Positions 37,661 to 50,162 of a DNA stretch of 64,000 bases are shown here, piece after piece. The notes under the pieces are model-generated. The model did not search any database, had not been told where the DNA came from, and saw only the letters and a list, made by a program, of their open reading frames with translations. The stretch spans positions 682,001 through 746,000 of the forward strand of contig NC_045138.2 of assembly GCF_008831285.2 (NCBI RefSeq), given 5' to 3'. Numbering within the stretch: the stretch's first letter is position 1; every line of letters begins with the position of its first letter. A program made the position numbers and the translations under genes. Source of the DNA: Nymphaea colorata. Lineage: Eukaryota.

Positions 37661-39312
37661 AAATCCCCACTTCCCCTCTCCCTCCCTTTGGCTGAAGCAG
37701 CAGACACTGCGACCTTCTCTTTCTTGTTACTATGTTTTTCTCTCTCCACTCTTTCTTTCTCTCTCTAAAGCCATCTTCCTCCCACTCCAGCGCTTTTGTT
37801 CCTCTCTATGCCTCCCCTCCAATCTCCCCCACCACACCCCCTTCCCCCCCCTCTCTCTCAGCTCTTCCTTCTCTCTCCTCTCTCTAAACAGTCCTTCTCT
37901 CTTTTATCGCCCCCTCTCTCACTCTCCCTCTAAAAGGCTGTCACCTCTCTTCCTTTCTTTCTCTCTCCAGAACTCTGTCATTCACTCTCTCTCCTCTCTC
38001 TATAAACTGCCCTTCTTATCATCTTTATCTCTCTCCTCATTCTCTCACTTCTCTCTCTCTAACCTGCCCTGTCCCTCTCTAACATCCCCTGCGATCATTC
38101 TCTCTCAGTCCACCCTCTCTCTAAGCTTCCTCCCTCTCCCCAGTCTCTCTCTTCTTTCTCTCTCTACCGAGAGCGTCCTTGCGGACGTGAAATTTCCATT
38201 CGATCCGCTTCATATCTTTCGCCCCCACAGACGAGAGAGGTGGAAAAATAAATAAATAAATAAATAAATAAATGTGAAGAAGAAAGAATTCGAGTCAATC
38301 ATAACTCCCCAGAGAGCTCGCACGTGCGACCGGAAATCGACAGGACCCACCCCGAACTGCGGCGCGGATCTAGACCACGCCGCTACCGATACGACATCCT
38401 CATATCCGATACGATCACCGTATCGGATATCGTATCCTTTCTCCTGCTGTTAGCCTACTTTGGAGTCGTATCGGATATGCCGATCCGACCCGGTTCCGGA
38501 TCGAGCGGGCGCCGAGAGGATCGAATTTGGGGCCGTTTTCCGCTCGGCACGTGCGAGTTGTCAGGTCCAATCTTGGCGCCGCGCTATGGGAACGGATCCG
38601 CTTTGGTGTCTTATTTGGATCACAGTAACGGAATATGCTCGTATTAGATCTTAGATTTACTGAAGTATGGATCTTGGATTCAGATTCGAATCCAACTGGG
38701 CCTCTTTTAGATCCTTTAATCACGTGAGTTCGCTTTTGCTTGCCACTGACTTACGGTTCTGCCCCGCTAAACCATTTCCCGGAATATGCTTGAACACGAC
38801 CTAAAACCGAAGTTTGTTGTTGGTTACGCTCTCCGGCAAAAAGACTTCATGATCAACCACAACTATTGTTCATTGAGTTCATGGGATATTCATAAAGCAT
38901 TCATGCTATCAAATGATTCTTTGCTGTATGTTATTTATCAAATGTTTGTTATATTCAGCTTCGGCTTTAAATACAAATAAATAAAAGTTCATATCATGTA
39001 TGGATATGACTTTTTAAATTTACGACCTGAATCTGCTTTGAATTATACTTTTATTTTTTTCGCATCTGAATCTAAGTTTGACTTTAAGTACACTACTGAC
39101 TCTAAAGCATGTTTTGATATATTGGGTATATGCTTTCAGGATGTATGAATATTAGGTATGGGATACTTATTAATCCGAATTTGAATCTGAATCTGAATCA
39201 AGTTAGATATTTATTTAAAATTGAATCCATGTTATTTTTTAATTATTTGGACATTTTTGAAGCAGTTCATTCAGATATCTAATCCATTAACATCCTTATC
39301 CTTACCAACAAT

Positions 39313-39505
39313 AAAGGGCGAAGCTAGAAATTTTTCATAAGGAGGACTGAATCAAAGTTTCTAAATTTTGACTACGACAGAAATATCATTTTTCAAAATT
39401 TTTATATAAAACAAGTGAAAGTTTCTAAAATTTATATCTGATTTGAAAAAAAAAAATTAAGGTGGGGCCAAGGCCCATGCAAGCCCTACCTTGACTCTAC
39501 CCCTG
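39313..39505. mobile_element. Degenerate hAT-type MITE (AGGGGCGGAGCC-end family)
   Basis: Ends AAAGGGCGAAGCTA / TTGACTCTACCCCTG, flanks CCAACAAT and CCCACGAT (6/8). Similar AT-rich internal sequence recurs near 41660-41820, 46650-46790, 60690-60900 and 63252-63447. Confidence 0.55.
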
Positions 39506-40228
39506 CCCACGATATCGAGTAAGAATATTCTTGTCTTTTTATTCAATATAAGGCTGGATCAAGTTAGCTGGGTCGGAGCAAAGTGGTCGTGCATCGTCGA
39601 GCCATGGTTGGCTTAGTCTTCATAAGGCCGGTTCAATCTTAGTCAACTTCTCTCCAATGTTGCCAAGTTTGACCGGTCTGACCAACCAGGCCAACATGCA
39701 ACCTTAGTCCTTTTATATCTTTTTTACATTGGTAGTGGATCCATGCAATCCGAACAAATTCCAACAAATTCCATTACCACTGGTTCTTGACATGGAAACT
39801 GGGTTTGTCTCAATTATTTGTTGTTGGTATGAATTAGAACTAGACCTTGTATCTACGCCATTTTGTGGCGGGTATACGTCATCTGGTATGGAGCAATTAA
39901 ATCGGGTTTGGATGTGTGGTCTAAATCCTCATCTTCTTTAGAGTGAAGGTTTTGTTGGTAGTTGCTTGGTCAAACCTTCTAGATATGCACGCTTCAAAAG
40001 GGTTTGTGCTCTAGTGGGTTAGTCAAGGACTACGTGGGTCATTCCCTGACGAGCTTCATAAGTGAAACACTTTGTCATTTTTGATGAATAAAATTGAGGT
40101 AGATTTATGAAACACTTATATTATTTAGTATCTCATGTATCTTCCCAATTTTTTGAGCGGATTCAAATGTCCCCTGAATGGCTAAGTCTAAGCTCACATT
40201 TGAGTTAAGCCAACAATCACAACCTGAA

Positions 40229-40630
40229 TAGAGATGTCAATGGATCCGATCCAAATCAAATAACTTTTAAGTAGACTCGCTTTTCCGGATACTCATATAC
40301 TCGGATTCGAATTCAAATGTAAAAAAAATCTCATCTGAATCCAAAATCCAATTTCACAATATGAATCCGATTTTTACATTCATATTTGAATCCAAATCCA
40401 AATTTTGGATTGCATTGGTGACTTTCAAAACATAAAGGCATTTGGACATGGAATATTTTTTTCAAAACTAAATTTGGTCTGAATCCAAATCCAAATTTGA
40501 TGGAATGTCATTTCTTAAACCCATCGTGAATCTGATTTCTTTATCGGTCATTTTTTTTTTTTTTCGTATCCGATTTCTTTGAAACAATTTAGTCAAATAT
40601 CACATTCAAATAAGATATATTAACATTATT
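40229..40630. mobile_element. Third copy of the TAG(A/G)GATGTCAAT / GAATCC-repeat element
   Basis: Starts TAGAGATGTCAATGGATCCGATCC and contains repeated GAATCC(A/G)AAT motifs. The right end is approximate. Confidence 0.5.
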
Positions 40631-43382
40631 AAACTCGACTGAGCCAGAGACCTTAGAACAAGCAGCATGCAAATTGGACCCGATCACGGCCCATTTGGGT
40701 GGGCTGCGAAACATGGGGTTGGAAGAAGCAGGTTAGGTCAATTAGCTTGGTCGGTAATTTGGCTGGAGTTTGAGTTTATATAAAGTACTCAGTTGTGGGT
40801 CCAGTCAAAGACTCGTGCGTACCGTCAACTTCCGCCAACCGTGACTTCCATCAGTTTGACTCAGTTGTCGTGGACCCACGATTCGCATGGCTTGACCTAG
40901 GCCATGACTCGTTCTTCCCTGGCCATAAATTCTGGTCTAGTGGTCCTGAGTTCAGGTTCAGTGAGTGGGTCCTAGTCAAACCGAACAGCCCTGGGTGGCT
41001 TTATGGGTCCAGGGCAGGTGGGTGCACCAAGAGATCCACAACCACTTCTTATCCAAATCGGAGTCACTTTCTATAGATCCAAACCCATGTCCGCGTCTGT
41101 GTGTGATGCTGAATCTGGATCAAAAGTTAAATGATGAAATTATCTTTTTTTTTTTTTGTGGGAGTTCAATAGAGGGAGGGCAGGAGCAGGTTTTTCTTTT
41201 TTTCCTTTTTTACATGCAAAAAAATGCAAAGTTTGGATATGGATCTGTAAACTAAATCCAGCCTATGAATATTAATATCAAAACCACCCATTCCATGGAA
41301 AACATTGACTACATTTCTGACCCGATGTGGAATATACATGTATCTCGCTTTGTAGATCCATATTAAAAAAAAAAGAAAACCAAATTTTGATAGAAGGACT
41401 GAAGGGACCCGATCCATTTTACATGGCACCACCACATTGTAGCACTTTGATAGAACTGGGTAACTTCGCGTAAAACGGATCGGGATTGAGGTGGATGCAA
41501 TAGAAAGGTTTGGATCCTTAGCTGGTTGGGATCGGAGGGATTCAATTGACTGACAACTTGATATTTACATGTAATTGGATTCAGATTGTTAAGAACTTGG
41601 ATTCGGGATACAACATGACTACCGTATCCAAATCTGAACCATCGAATTTGGATCTGCTGCATGCTTAGATTGATTTTAAAAACTTTAATTTTTTTGTACG
41701 TAAATATAAAAAATTTAGTTTCATATATATAAAAAATTTGAAAATTTTTATTTTGGCTCGTATTAAAATTTTGAAACTATAGTTTGACTCATGCGACAAA
41801 AAAATCCTGACTCCGCCCCTATAAATTAAGATATGGGCACACAGTTTGAGGCCCATCTCGGGTTCAGCATGAATGAATGAATCACTAACATAAGAGCATT
41901 TTGATTCACTGACTCCGATCTCATGTGGGAGCCACATGTAACTGGATCTGAGTCCAACTTCACTACAATGGGATTTTGGAAGATCTGGGCTCCCACCAGC
42001 CACAGATGAATTATAGTGTTATTTTGTTGACCAAAACTATTCCATTCAAATGTACGCTACTTTTAATTATTTTTGCAGATGAAAGATTATGGTACAAATC
42101 ATATTTCTTTATGAAGCAAGATGCCTTTATTTGTCACATGCTTATTTTACCCTACGTAAACATTCAACCAAAAAATAGGGCAGATTCATGAAATAATAAT
42201 AATGTGTTGTTATTGCCAAACGGTCTCTTAAATAATGCAATACTTGAATAAATATACGAATAATTCCGTATTGAAACACTTGTAAATTGTGGTTAATTAT
42301 TATATTTCACCATTTTAGTGCTTGAAAATGCACATTAGTTTATGTCATTTGTTATTTTTAATGACAACATTGTCATTGAGTATACATGGCACCAAATATA
42401 ATAAACAATTGAAATATAAAAATATCCCTTGTGGTAACGAACTCATACTTTAAAATCACATGCAATAGTGCATGTAAAACATGTACATAGCTTCAATATT
42501 AATCAATCCAACTAGCAATCGGTTGAAAGAAGTCATGGTTAACAAAATTGACCACTTTGGTATTTCAAATGCTCATTTATGCATTAGTTTTACAACTAAC
42601 ATAATCAAAAGTATACAATGTGCATTAATGAAAAATAAACATAACCACTACATATGTAGGATTGCATAATTATTACGTGAAGAATGCATAATTACAATAG
42701 TTTAATCAAAGACATGGCAGAACAACGTAAAATTGATCTAAGGACAATAGTAGTAAGTTCTAAACCACTAAAGATCCAAATCTACTACTCAAATCCACAT
42801 CACTAGTTAGAAAATATATTGGGCGTGTTTGGATGACACCTTAATAAAAACTAATTTTAAAGATTAGTTTTGTGAAAAATGTTTTTTTAATCTTTTTTTT
42901 TTTTAAATTGGTTTGTGTGTGTGATGGACAAAATTAAACCTAATTTCTTTGTGAATAACTTGGTGGGATGAGGTTATTCATTTTCTTTTTTCATTTTTTT
43001 TCAAAAACCATGACAAAATAAATCTAATTTCTTTGTGAAAAACTTGGGGCATGAGGTTATTCAAGCTAATAAACCGGTTCCAAGCCTGTTGACCCGGTCC
43101 CTAATAGGCTGTTTGGCGACAATAACAGAACATTAGTGTCTCAACATAACTCTGTGTTAAATGCTTTGAACAAGCTAATTTTGATGAACCAATTTGAAAA
43201 AAAAAAATCATGAATCGGTCCCTAATTGCATGAACCGATTCAAAATTAGAAAAGTATTAGTTGTAGGACCCAAACGAACCGATACAAAAGCGGGTGAAAT
43301 TGATCATAGATTGGTTTGAAACAATGTGAACCGGTTTAGAACCACAGATGGGTTACGAAACCCAATTTCGGATGGGTAAAAT

Positions 43383-43709
43383 TAAGGGTGGGCACCGGGC
43401 CGGGCCACCGCCGGGTACCCGGCCCGCTTCGGGCCCGGGCTTGGAAAAAGTTAGCTGGGTCAGGCCTGGGCCCGTTAAAAATTAAAATATAATTTTTTTA
43501 ATTTTTTAATTTTAATATTATATATTTATCACTAATAAATACTATTTTTTTAAAAAATATTTTATAAATTAAAAATAATATTATTTTATTATAACCGGGC
43601 CGGGCCCGGGCCCAGGTTTCATATATCCGGGCCCGACCCAGCGGCCCGTCGGGTCGTTCCCGACGGTTCTTTATCGGGCTGGCCCGGCCCGGCCCGATGC
43701 CCACCCTTA
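43383..43709. mobile_element. Intact non-autonomous hAT element (MITE), 327 bp
   Basis: TIRs TAAGGGTGGGCA...TGCCCACCCTTA, GGCCCG subterminal repeats and an AT-rich core. Perfect 8-bp TSD GGTAAAAT at 43375-43382 and 43710-43717. Confidence 0.9.
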
Positions 43710-44729
43710 GGTAAAATCAAACAATAAACAATCTCAAGGAGTACAACCAACATAGCTGGTCGGCTTGAGTGTCGTACAGCGACATATGTGACATTCAAGT
43801 TAAAAGGTGTATTGTAGAAAAAGGATGTGCTTTCCGGTCTCGCTATCCACTAAATGCTTAACATAAATCCAGATCACCTGGTATTTGAAACTCGACATTG
43901 CAAATTCATTTCGGGTAGACGTGTATGATGGTATCGCATCTGAAATATGGACCCGAGCATGAATTAAAAAATCCATACCAAACTTAAAAGATCTCACTGC
44001 TTGATACCAAAGCAACTATCGATCCGATCCCGAGAACAAAAGGAGAGGATGAGACTTTGGCTTTCCTTCAAGTGGTGGGATAATCCTGTTTGTCACCAAT
44101 TAAAAGAAGAAAAGGAAATTCCAACATTAAGTTGTTTTAAGCATAGTTTGACAAACATAATTGGAAATTAAATTTTTGCCAACTCAATGAAGAGGACATA
44201 GTTTAAATTATTATATCGGATAAAGATAATGAAAAACAAATAATTTAAATGATTATTTTGGTTAGAAAACATGAAAAAATATAAGAAGAATGAAGGTAAA
44301 TTTTGGGTACACTGGAACTCTCCATATTCAAGGAGCCACTGGGAGTTTCTGCAAATATTCAATTGCATTTATCTTCCTTTCCTAGACTGAAGCACCCCAG
44401 CTTATTCATTACAAAGTACATTACATTAATTAATGTTCATGATTTCTTAGCAGTTTCATTTCTTGATATTTCTATGAGAATATAAAACTGAGTCCCTAAC
44501 ATCAAAAGACAAAACCTGAATTTCAGGTGTAGAATCCTAGAGGATTAGATGATGACAATCGGTCATCTAATTGGATGCACTTCCGCTCCGCATCTTATGG
44601 GATTTGTATATGCCATTAATTTTAAGGAGATTAGACAATGAAAAATTAAGCTGAAAAAAATTGAAATCCAGTTATATTTTATAAAAGATTTGAATACCCA
44701 TAAAAAGGATGAAACAAATGAGTTTTCAT

Positions 44730-44997
44730 TAAGCCTGGGCACGGCCCGGCCCGACCATTCAAACACGAGTTCGAACTCCAGCCCAGTCCAATTAAATTAA
44801 AAAAATATTTTTAATATAAACCAATATATAAATGTAATTAATTGTAATAAAATATTATATATATAATTAATAAAATAAATATAAACAAAAAAGCATTATC
44901 AAGCCCGACTAAGCTGACCCGATAAGGAATCAGGCCAGGCCCGAGTCGGGCCAGATACCAGGTACCCGTCGGCGGTCTGACCCGATGCCCAACCATA
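44730..44997. mobile_element. Older, related non-autonomous hAT element
   Basis: Degenerate TIRs TAAGCCTGGGCA / TGCCCAACCATA and the same architecture as 43383-43709. Perfect 8-bp TSD GTTTTCAT at 44722-44729 and 44998-45005. Confidence 0.8.
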
Positions 44998-46570
44998 GTT
45001 TTCATAATCTAAATTACCATAGTTTTTTGAAAATACAATTAGCTTTTCATTTTTTTTTATCCACCATACTATCTTCTCAAAAGCAAAAGCCTAGATGATT
45101 TCTGGGAAGTCTTGACTCTACTTTTACTTTTACTTATACGTTTAGGGGCATCAAATCTACTCCATCCATTTAAAGTCGGCCTAAATTTTCAAGCCCATTC
45201 TCCCTCCTGCCCCTCCCTTTTCTCTCCATGATCCCTCTCCTCTCTCTCTCTCTCTCTCTCAATTTCCTCTTCAAAGGAAGGGAGCCCCCCCCCCCCCCCC
45301 CCCCCATTAAAAACTCTCATAACATCTTACAATATAAAGCCCAAAAAACATGCTCATTAGGTTGATTGCAGGGTTTTGAATGTGAGGAATGCATCCACCA
45401 TGATCAATCTTGGCAAATATGCGCATTCAAAACATGAATTTTTAGACAAACATGTCGGATACACTGATAAGGATAGATAGCCATTCTCCACCTTGAAAAT
45501 CAAAACGATCTTCACATGATCTTACGTTGCAACAACTTTTTCTAGAAAGTGGAAAATGAATTGGAGAACCTTTATATATATATATATATATATATAAAAG
45601 TAAAAACCAGATCAAGAATAAAACCTAACCCTTTAATCTTTTTTCCTAAAAATAAATTAATTTAGATAAAATATAAACATCCTAATGTATTTATAAAAAC
45701 TATCGTGATCATCAAAAGTAGTGTTTTATGAAAAATATTGATTTTTCTATTATCAAAATCTTGGTGCTGTGAGGGCCTTCATTTTTCCTTATTATAAAAA
45801 CACTATGAAAACTCAAAAAAAAAATGATTAACGTAATACATATTATGCATCACATATCTTAAGATCATATTAGTAAATCTTAAGACCATATTAGTAAGGT
45901 TATATTTCAAAAAAAAAAAAACTTTAAATATCATATTTACAAACTCTGGTTTTTGCCCCTCCGATTTCTACCAATCACTTATAATATATATATATGATAA
46001 ATTTTATATTTTTATAATAAAAAATTATGAATTGCAGCTCAACAGTTTGATGTGATGCTGATGCTGATCTAGGGTCAAAGGCAATCTCCCTTTCCCGGAA
46101 GATGTTGGTGGCAACGAATTGATTCAAGTGCGAGATCTGTAAGAAAGATTGTAGAGGGAGGAGAAACTTCCCGCGACATGGAGGAGGGTAGAACTTGCCA
46201 CGAACTCTCTCATAGAGGACAGACAAACAAGGAGGGGAAGAGAGGTTAGAACTCTCTTTGGATAACACTTGAAAGACCTGGTTTTGAAGGTACGACTGGG
46301 TTTTGCATCCCTACTTTTAACATTTTCCATTCTCTTTCACATTGAGGTAGCCTCTTGAAGTTTTCTTTCAAAAGTTGAACACCTATTTGTTCACTCTGGA
46401 AAGTTGATCAGTGATTCGTTGCTTGCTGGAAAGTTAGACAACCTTTTATAATTTTCTACGAAAACACCTTTTGCTGCAAGATTGTTTAAAAATCATAAAA
46501 AGTGACATCGATCATCTTATCATAAATTAATTGTCTTCTAAGCAAAACCAATGGGTCTAATAATCGTATC

Positions 46571-46602
<32 letters not shown>

Positions 46603-47831
46603 AAGTTGGTAAGAACTAGACTACTTGGATAAGAAACAAAAATCGAAGCTCCACCTCATTTAAAAAAAAAAAGTTACATGTGAATTTTAGAAAAATTTAC
46701 TTGTCTTATATAAAAATTTTGAAAAATGGTATTTCAACTCATGTCAAAATTCAAAAACTTTAATTTGGCCTTCCTCATGAAAAATTTCTGTTCCTGGTGA
46801 GAGTGATTCGATGGAAAACATATATTAAATTAATTGTTTTCTTACTTAAACAATGTTTTTTCAATAGTTAAAAAAATGAACGGCTCTTATACCATCACAA
46901 TTTTGATAACACAAAAATCAATTATTTTTACAGAAATGACTTGAATTAAAGCATGATTTATGTTAAATCAATGTTTGTAAACGCATTAGGAGGTTCACTT
47001 TAGCTTAAAACATTTTTTTATACCCAAGAGTTCTGGTATCTACCAATCACTCATATTTTATATATGGAATTGGGTTTTGAGGCTTGAAATAAAAAAAAAG
47101 CCCAATATAAAAATAGACTGACAAAAAACAAATTTTTTTTTTCAAAAATGATGAAATACCCCTAAAACAGTGGGTAGAACAAGGGGTGGGTGAGAGGGCC
47201 CAGGTCCGGGCTGAGTTGGTGTATGCAATTGCCTACACAAGCTCACAAAACTTGCAATATTTATAAATTGGTACTTATTTATATTTTTTCTTATTTGCAT
47301 ATGGGTGTTCCTAAAAGTTAAAATTAAATCCACAGTTGTTGAACCTTTTATGTGCATGCATAATATTATCTAACAAAAGATGCCCATAATCAACTACATT
47401 TATTGAAACATCCAAATGACGATCATATCTAATGTTAGTATTTTGGATTTGGACTCAGATCCACCGAGACACGGATGGGACTCGGTTCTTCTTACACGCC
47501 CTTTGTCACTATCAGGGTTCAGAAATTTCTGAGTGGATCCAACATGTAATTGGGCCCAATATGTTTCCTAATAATAGGAAGGAGCAAATAGGGAGGGTGT
47601 TGCTGGTCCACTCATTTTCCCATAAAATATAACAATTTTTTTTTTTTTGCTTGGCCCGGCTCTTGTCTTCAAGTGTAATGTGAATTATATCCATCAAAGT
47701 TTTGTGTTTGTATCGATGCATGTGTTAGGTTTTGATCATTAATATGTGAACATGGTTACCTTGAAACCAAAGAACAATTTGAAAGCCTCTACTCAAAATC
47801 GTCACTAATATATATATATATATATATATAT

Positions 47832-47998
47832 ATTTCAAAAAGAGTCCTGACATTTTTGGATCCTGATTGTTCCATAATGAGTCTTGACCTTTCAATCACC
47901 TGTACAACAAAATGTCATTAACCATACCAAACTTCTGGAAAGGTCAGGATTCATTATGGAACAGTCAGGATCTAAAAAGGTCAAGATTCTTTTGAAAT
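47832..47998. repeat. Long inverted repeat / foldback element (about 61-bp arms, 44-nt spacer)
   Basis: 47832-47893 is the reverse complement of 47938-47998, with about 7 substitutions and 1 indel by manual alignment. Confidence 0.85.
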
Positions 47999-48394
47999 TC
48001 CACGACGGAGAGTCGACGTGGCCTAAAGTGAAGATTGGGGGGAGTAGAGCGAAATGTATCCCCTTTTGGGGTATTCCGAAGGTGTATACCGTTCAAAAAA
48101 AAAAAAAAAAAAATCCTGGCTTCGCTCTAATTTTGGCACGATATCAGTCGCATGCACCCTCAGTTCAAGGGTGCCGCTTATCATAGTTCATTATTTTTTT
48201 AATTTAATGTTTTTTTCTTTGATTTGTCTTTCATTTTGGTGGAAAACTTTTTACCAATTAAGGATGCGTCTCATCACGCTCCCTTTGCCTTACCAGCTAC
48301 AATATGCTCATTGAGGCAAGCTGACTGGTTTTTTCACAACCATCTCAGCAGCAACTATGAATTTGGGTTCTTGTAGCAAAACGATGGAAAATAG

Positions 48395-48767
48395 TAAGAA
48401 TGTCAGTATATCCAATTTAGATCAGATATGTGACCGAATTGTTCAAAATTATACATGAAAATAATTATTCAATTAAGAAATCTGATTGAACTCCGATTTA
48501 GAAGATAACATCCAATTGAATTTAGATATACATAAATATCCAATCAGATTCGGATTCATATTCACATTGGATTTAATTTTAAATAAATATCTTGTATCCA
48601 GTGCCCTGACATTTTGAAGTCAAATTTGGTCTGGATGTGAATTCAAATACTGGACTGAGATTGTGAACTGAATTTCAGATTTAGATTCCGATATGATATT
48701 TTTCATGTGTGTTTGAATCCAAATATGTGAACACATTTAATTCGAATCTGATCCATTAGCATCCTTA
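48395..48767. mobile_element. Inverted copy of the family at 49350-49779
   Basis: Ends TAAGAATGTCA / TTAGCATCCTTA. The internal ATTCAATTAAGAAATCTGAT resembles the reverse complement of about 49705-49725. Confidence 0.55.
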
Positions 48768-49349
48768 AACATTTTAAAACATTTAGCTTCATTCTTCCAA
48801 TGATCAATGATCAGTGCAGGATTTGCTGAGGAGTGACGCCCACACCAGGCTTGGACACTGGCATTATTCCTCTAATGTGGAACGGTGAACAGAAGACTGT
48901 TTCTTGTGAACACAGTGTTCTATTCCTCGCATCAAACACCCTCTTAATGATTTGATAAATGCACACATACACATACACACATATGAAAGGGACGCAAGAA
49001 ATACTCGCAAATCAGAACTTGCTTAGCCTCAGCAGTCTTGACCTAAAGGTACTTATAGTTTTTTTTTTTTCCAAAAACTTGCTTGGATTTGGAGAAGGGG
49101 TGTTCCTACCAGTATTTACTCTAGGGTTGTACAACAAGTTTAGCTAACTCGAGCTCAATTCAAACTCGCTCGGTTCAGCTTGACTTGTTCTCAGGCTCGA
49201 GTTACATGAACTCAACTCGATTAAACTCGAGTAAACTCATTTAATCAATAGCAGTCCTTGTCTAAATATCAAATTGAATAAATGCTCTCATGTACATGAG
49301 CTTAATGGTGCAGCAGTACGGTCTAATGGTTTACGCAAGTACTACTAAT

Positions 49350-49779
49350 TAGGAATGTCGGATTCGAATCAGATATACCCTGAACCGTATCTGTTTTTCA
49401 AATATTACACATATTTGGATTTAAATATGAAGAAAGATAATGTCTGAATTCGAATCCAAATTCGATTTCACCATCTGAATCCAAATTTTACATTATATCA
49501 GAATTTGAATTTTGAACGGCATCTAACCAATTTTTACATTTATATTGAAATCCAAATTTCAACCCAATCTAACCAATTTTCAAAATATAAGAGCATTAGA
49601 TATAGTCATTTATTTAAAACTGAGACTGAACAAATTCGAACTCGATCAGATATTTACATATTTTTGAATATGAATTTGAGACCGATCGGATAAATATGAA
49701 TCCGATCAGATTTTTTAATTGAATATTATTTTTTTGTCATACAGATTTCCTATCTAAATCGGTTATATTGACATTCCTG
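49350..49779. mobile_element. Non-autonomous element with TAGG(G/A)ATGTC termini and GAATCC/GGATTC internal repeats
   Basis: Ends TAGGAATGTC / GACATTCCTG with many ATCCGA/GAATCC motifs inside. Related copies at 48395-48767 (inverted) and about 40229-40630. Confidence 0.6.
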
Positions 49780-49869
49780 GCTACTACAAATCTGTGGCCA
49801 CTTCATTGCCAAATTGTTTTAGGAAAAGCTAAGATAATGCCAAATTGTTTCGATCCGTGAACAGCAGCG

Positions 49870-50162
49870 TGCATGGAGTTACTGGCATGGTAAAATGTTT
49901 GCAAGGCCAAGGAGTCCAATCCCGCCTGCCAACCGATCGTCAAACGCCGGACCGACGACCACCAGCCTCAGACCACCGAAACCTACGTCGACGGCGTTGA
50001 GGAGATAATCGACGCCACTTCCACCACCGCCTAGGCCATTCGCTAAGGAATCCTCGAAAGGGGTCAGATTATCGAGACGGAACAAACTTTCCGTGCGGCT
50101 GGCGAGCCATGGCCGGTCCTCATCCCGAACGCCGAGCTCCACCAAACTGCCCCGGCACTAAG
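49870..50162 (+). other. GC/CpG-rich first-exon-like segment of an unassigned transcript (lncRNA or pseudogene)
   Basis: Abrupt GC-rich block ending in AAG|GTGCGC at 50163, followed by U-rich intron-like sequence. All three plus frames contain stops and no protein family was recognised. Confidence 0.4.

Noticed and set aside
45285..45305. C21 homopolymer
   Set aside because: Simple repeat with uncertain length in assemblies; no functional context.
45975..46330. Minus-strand ORFs faintly resembling DEVIL/ROT4 peptides (…RGKFY…)
   Set aside because: The resemblance needs a frameshift and lacks the RRCxxMLxCW core.
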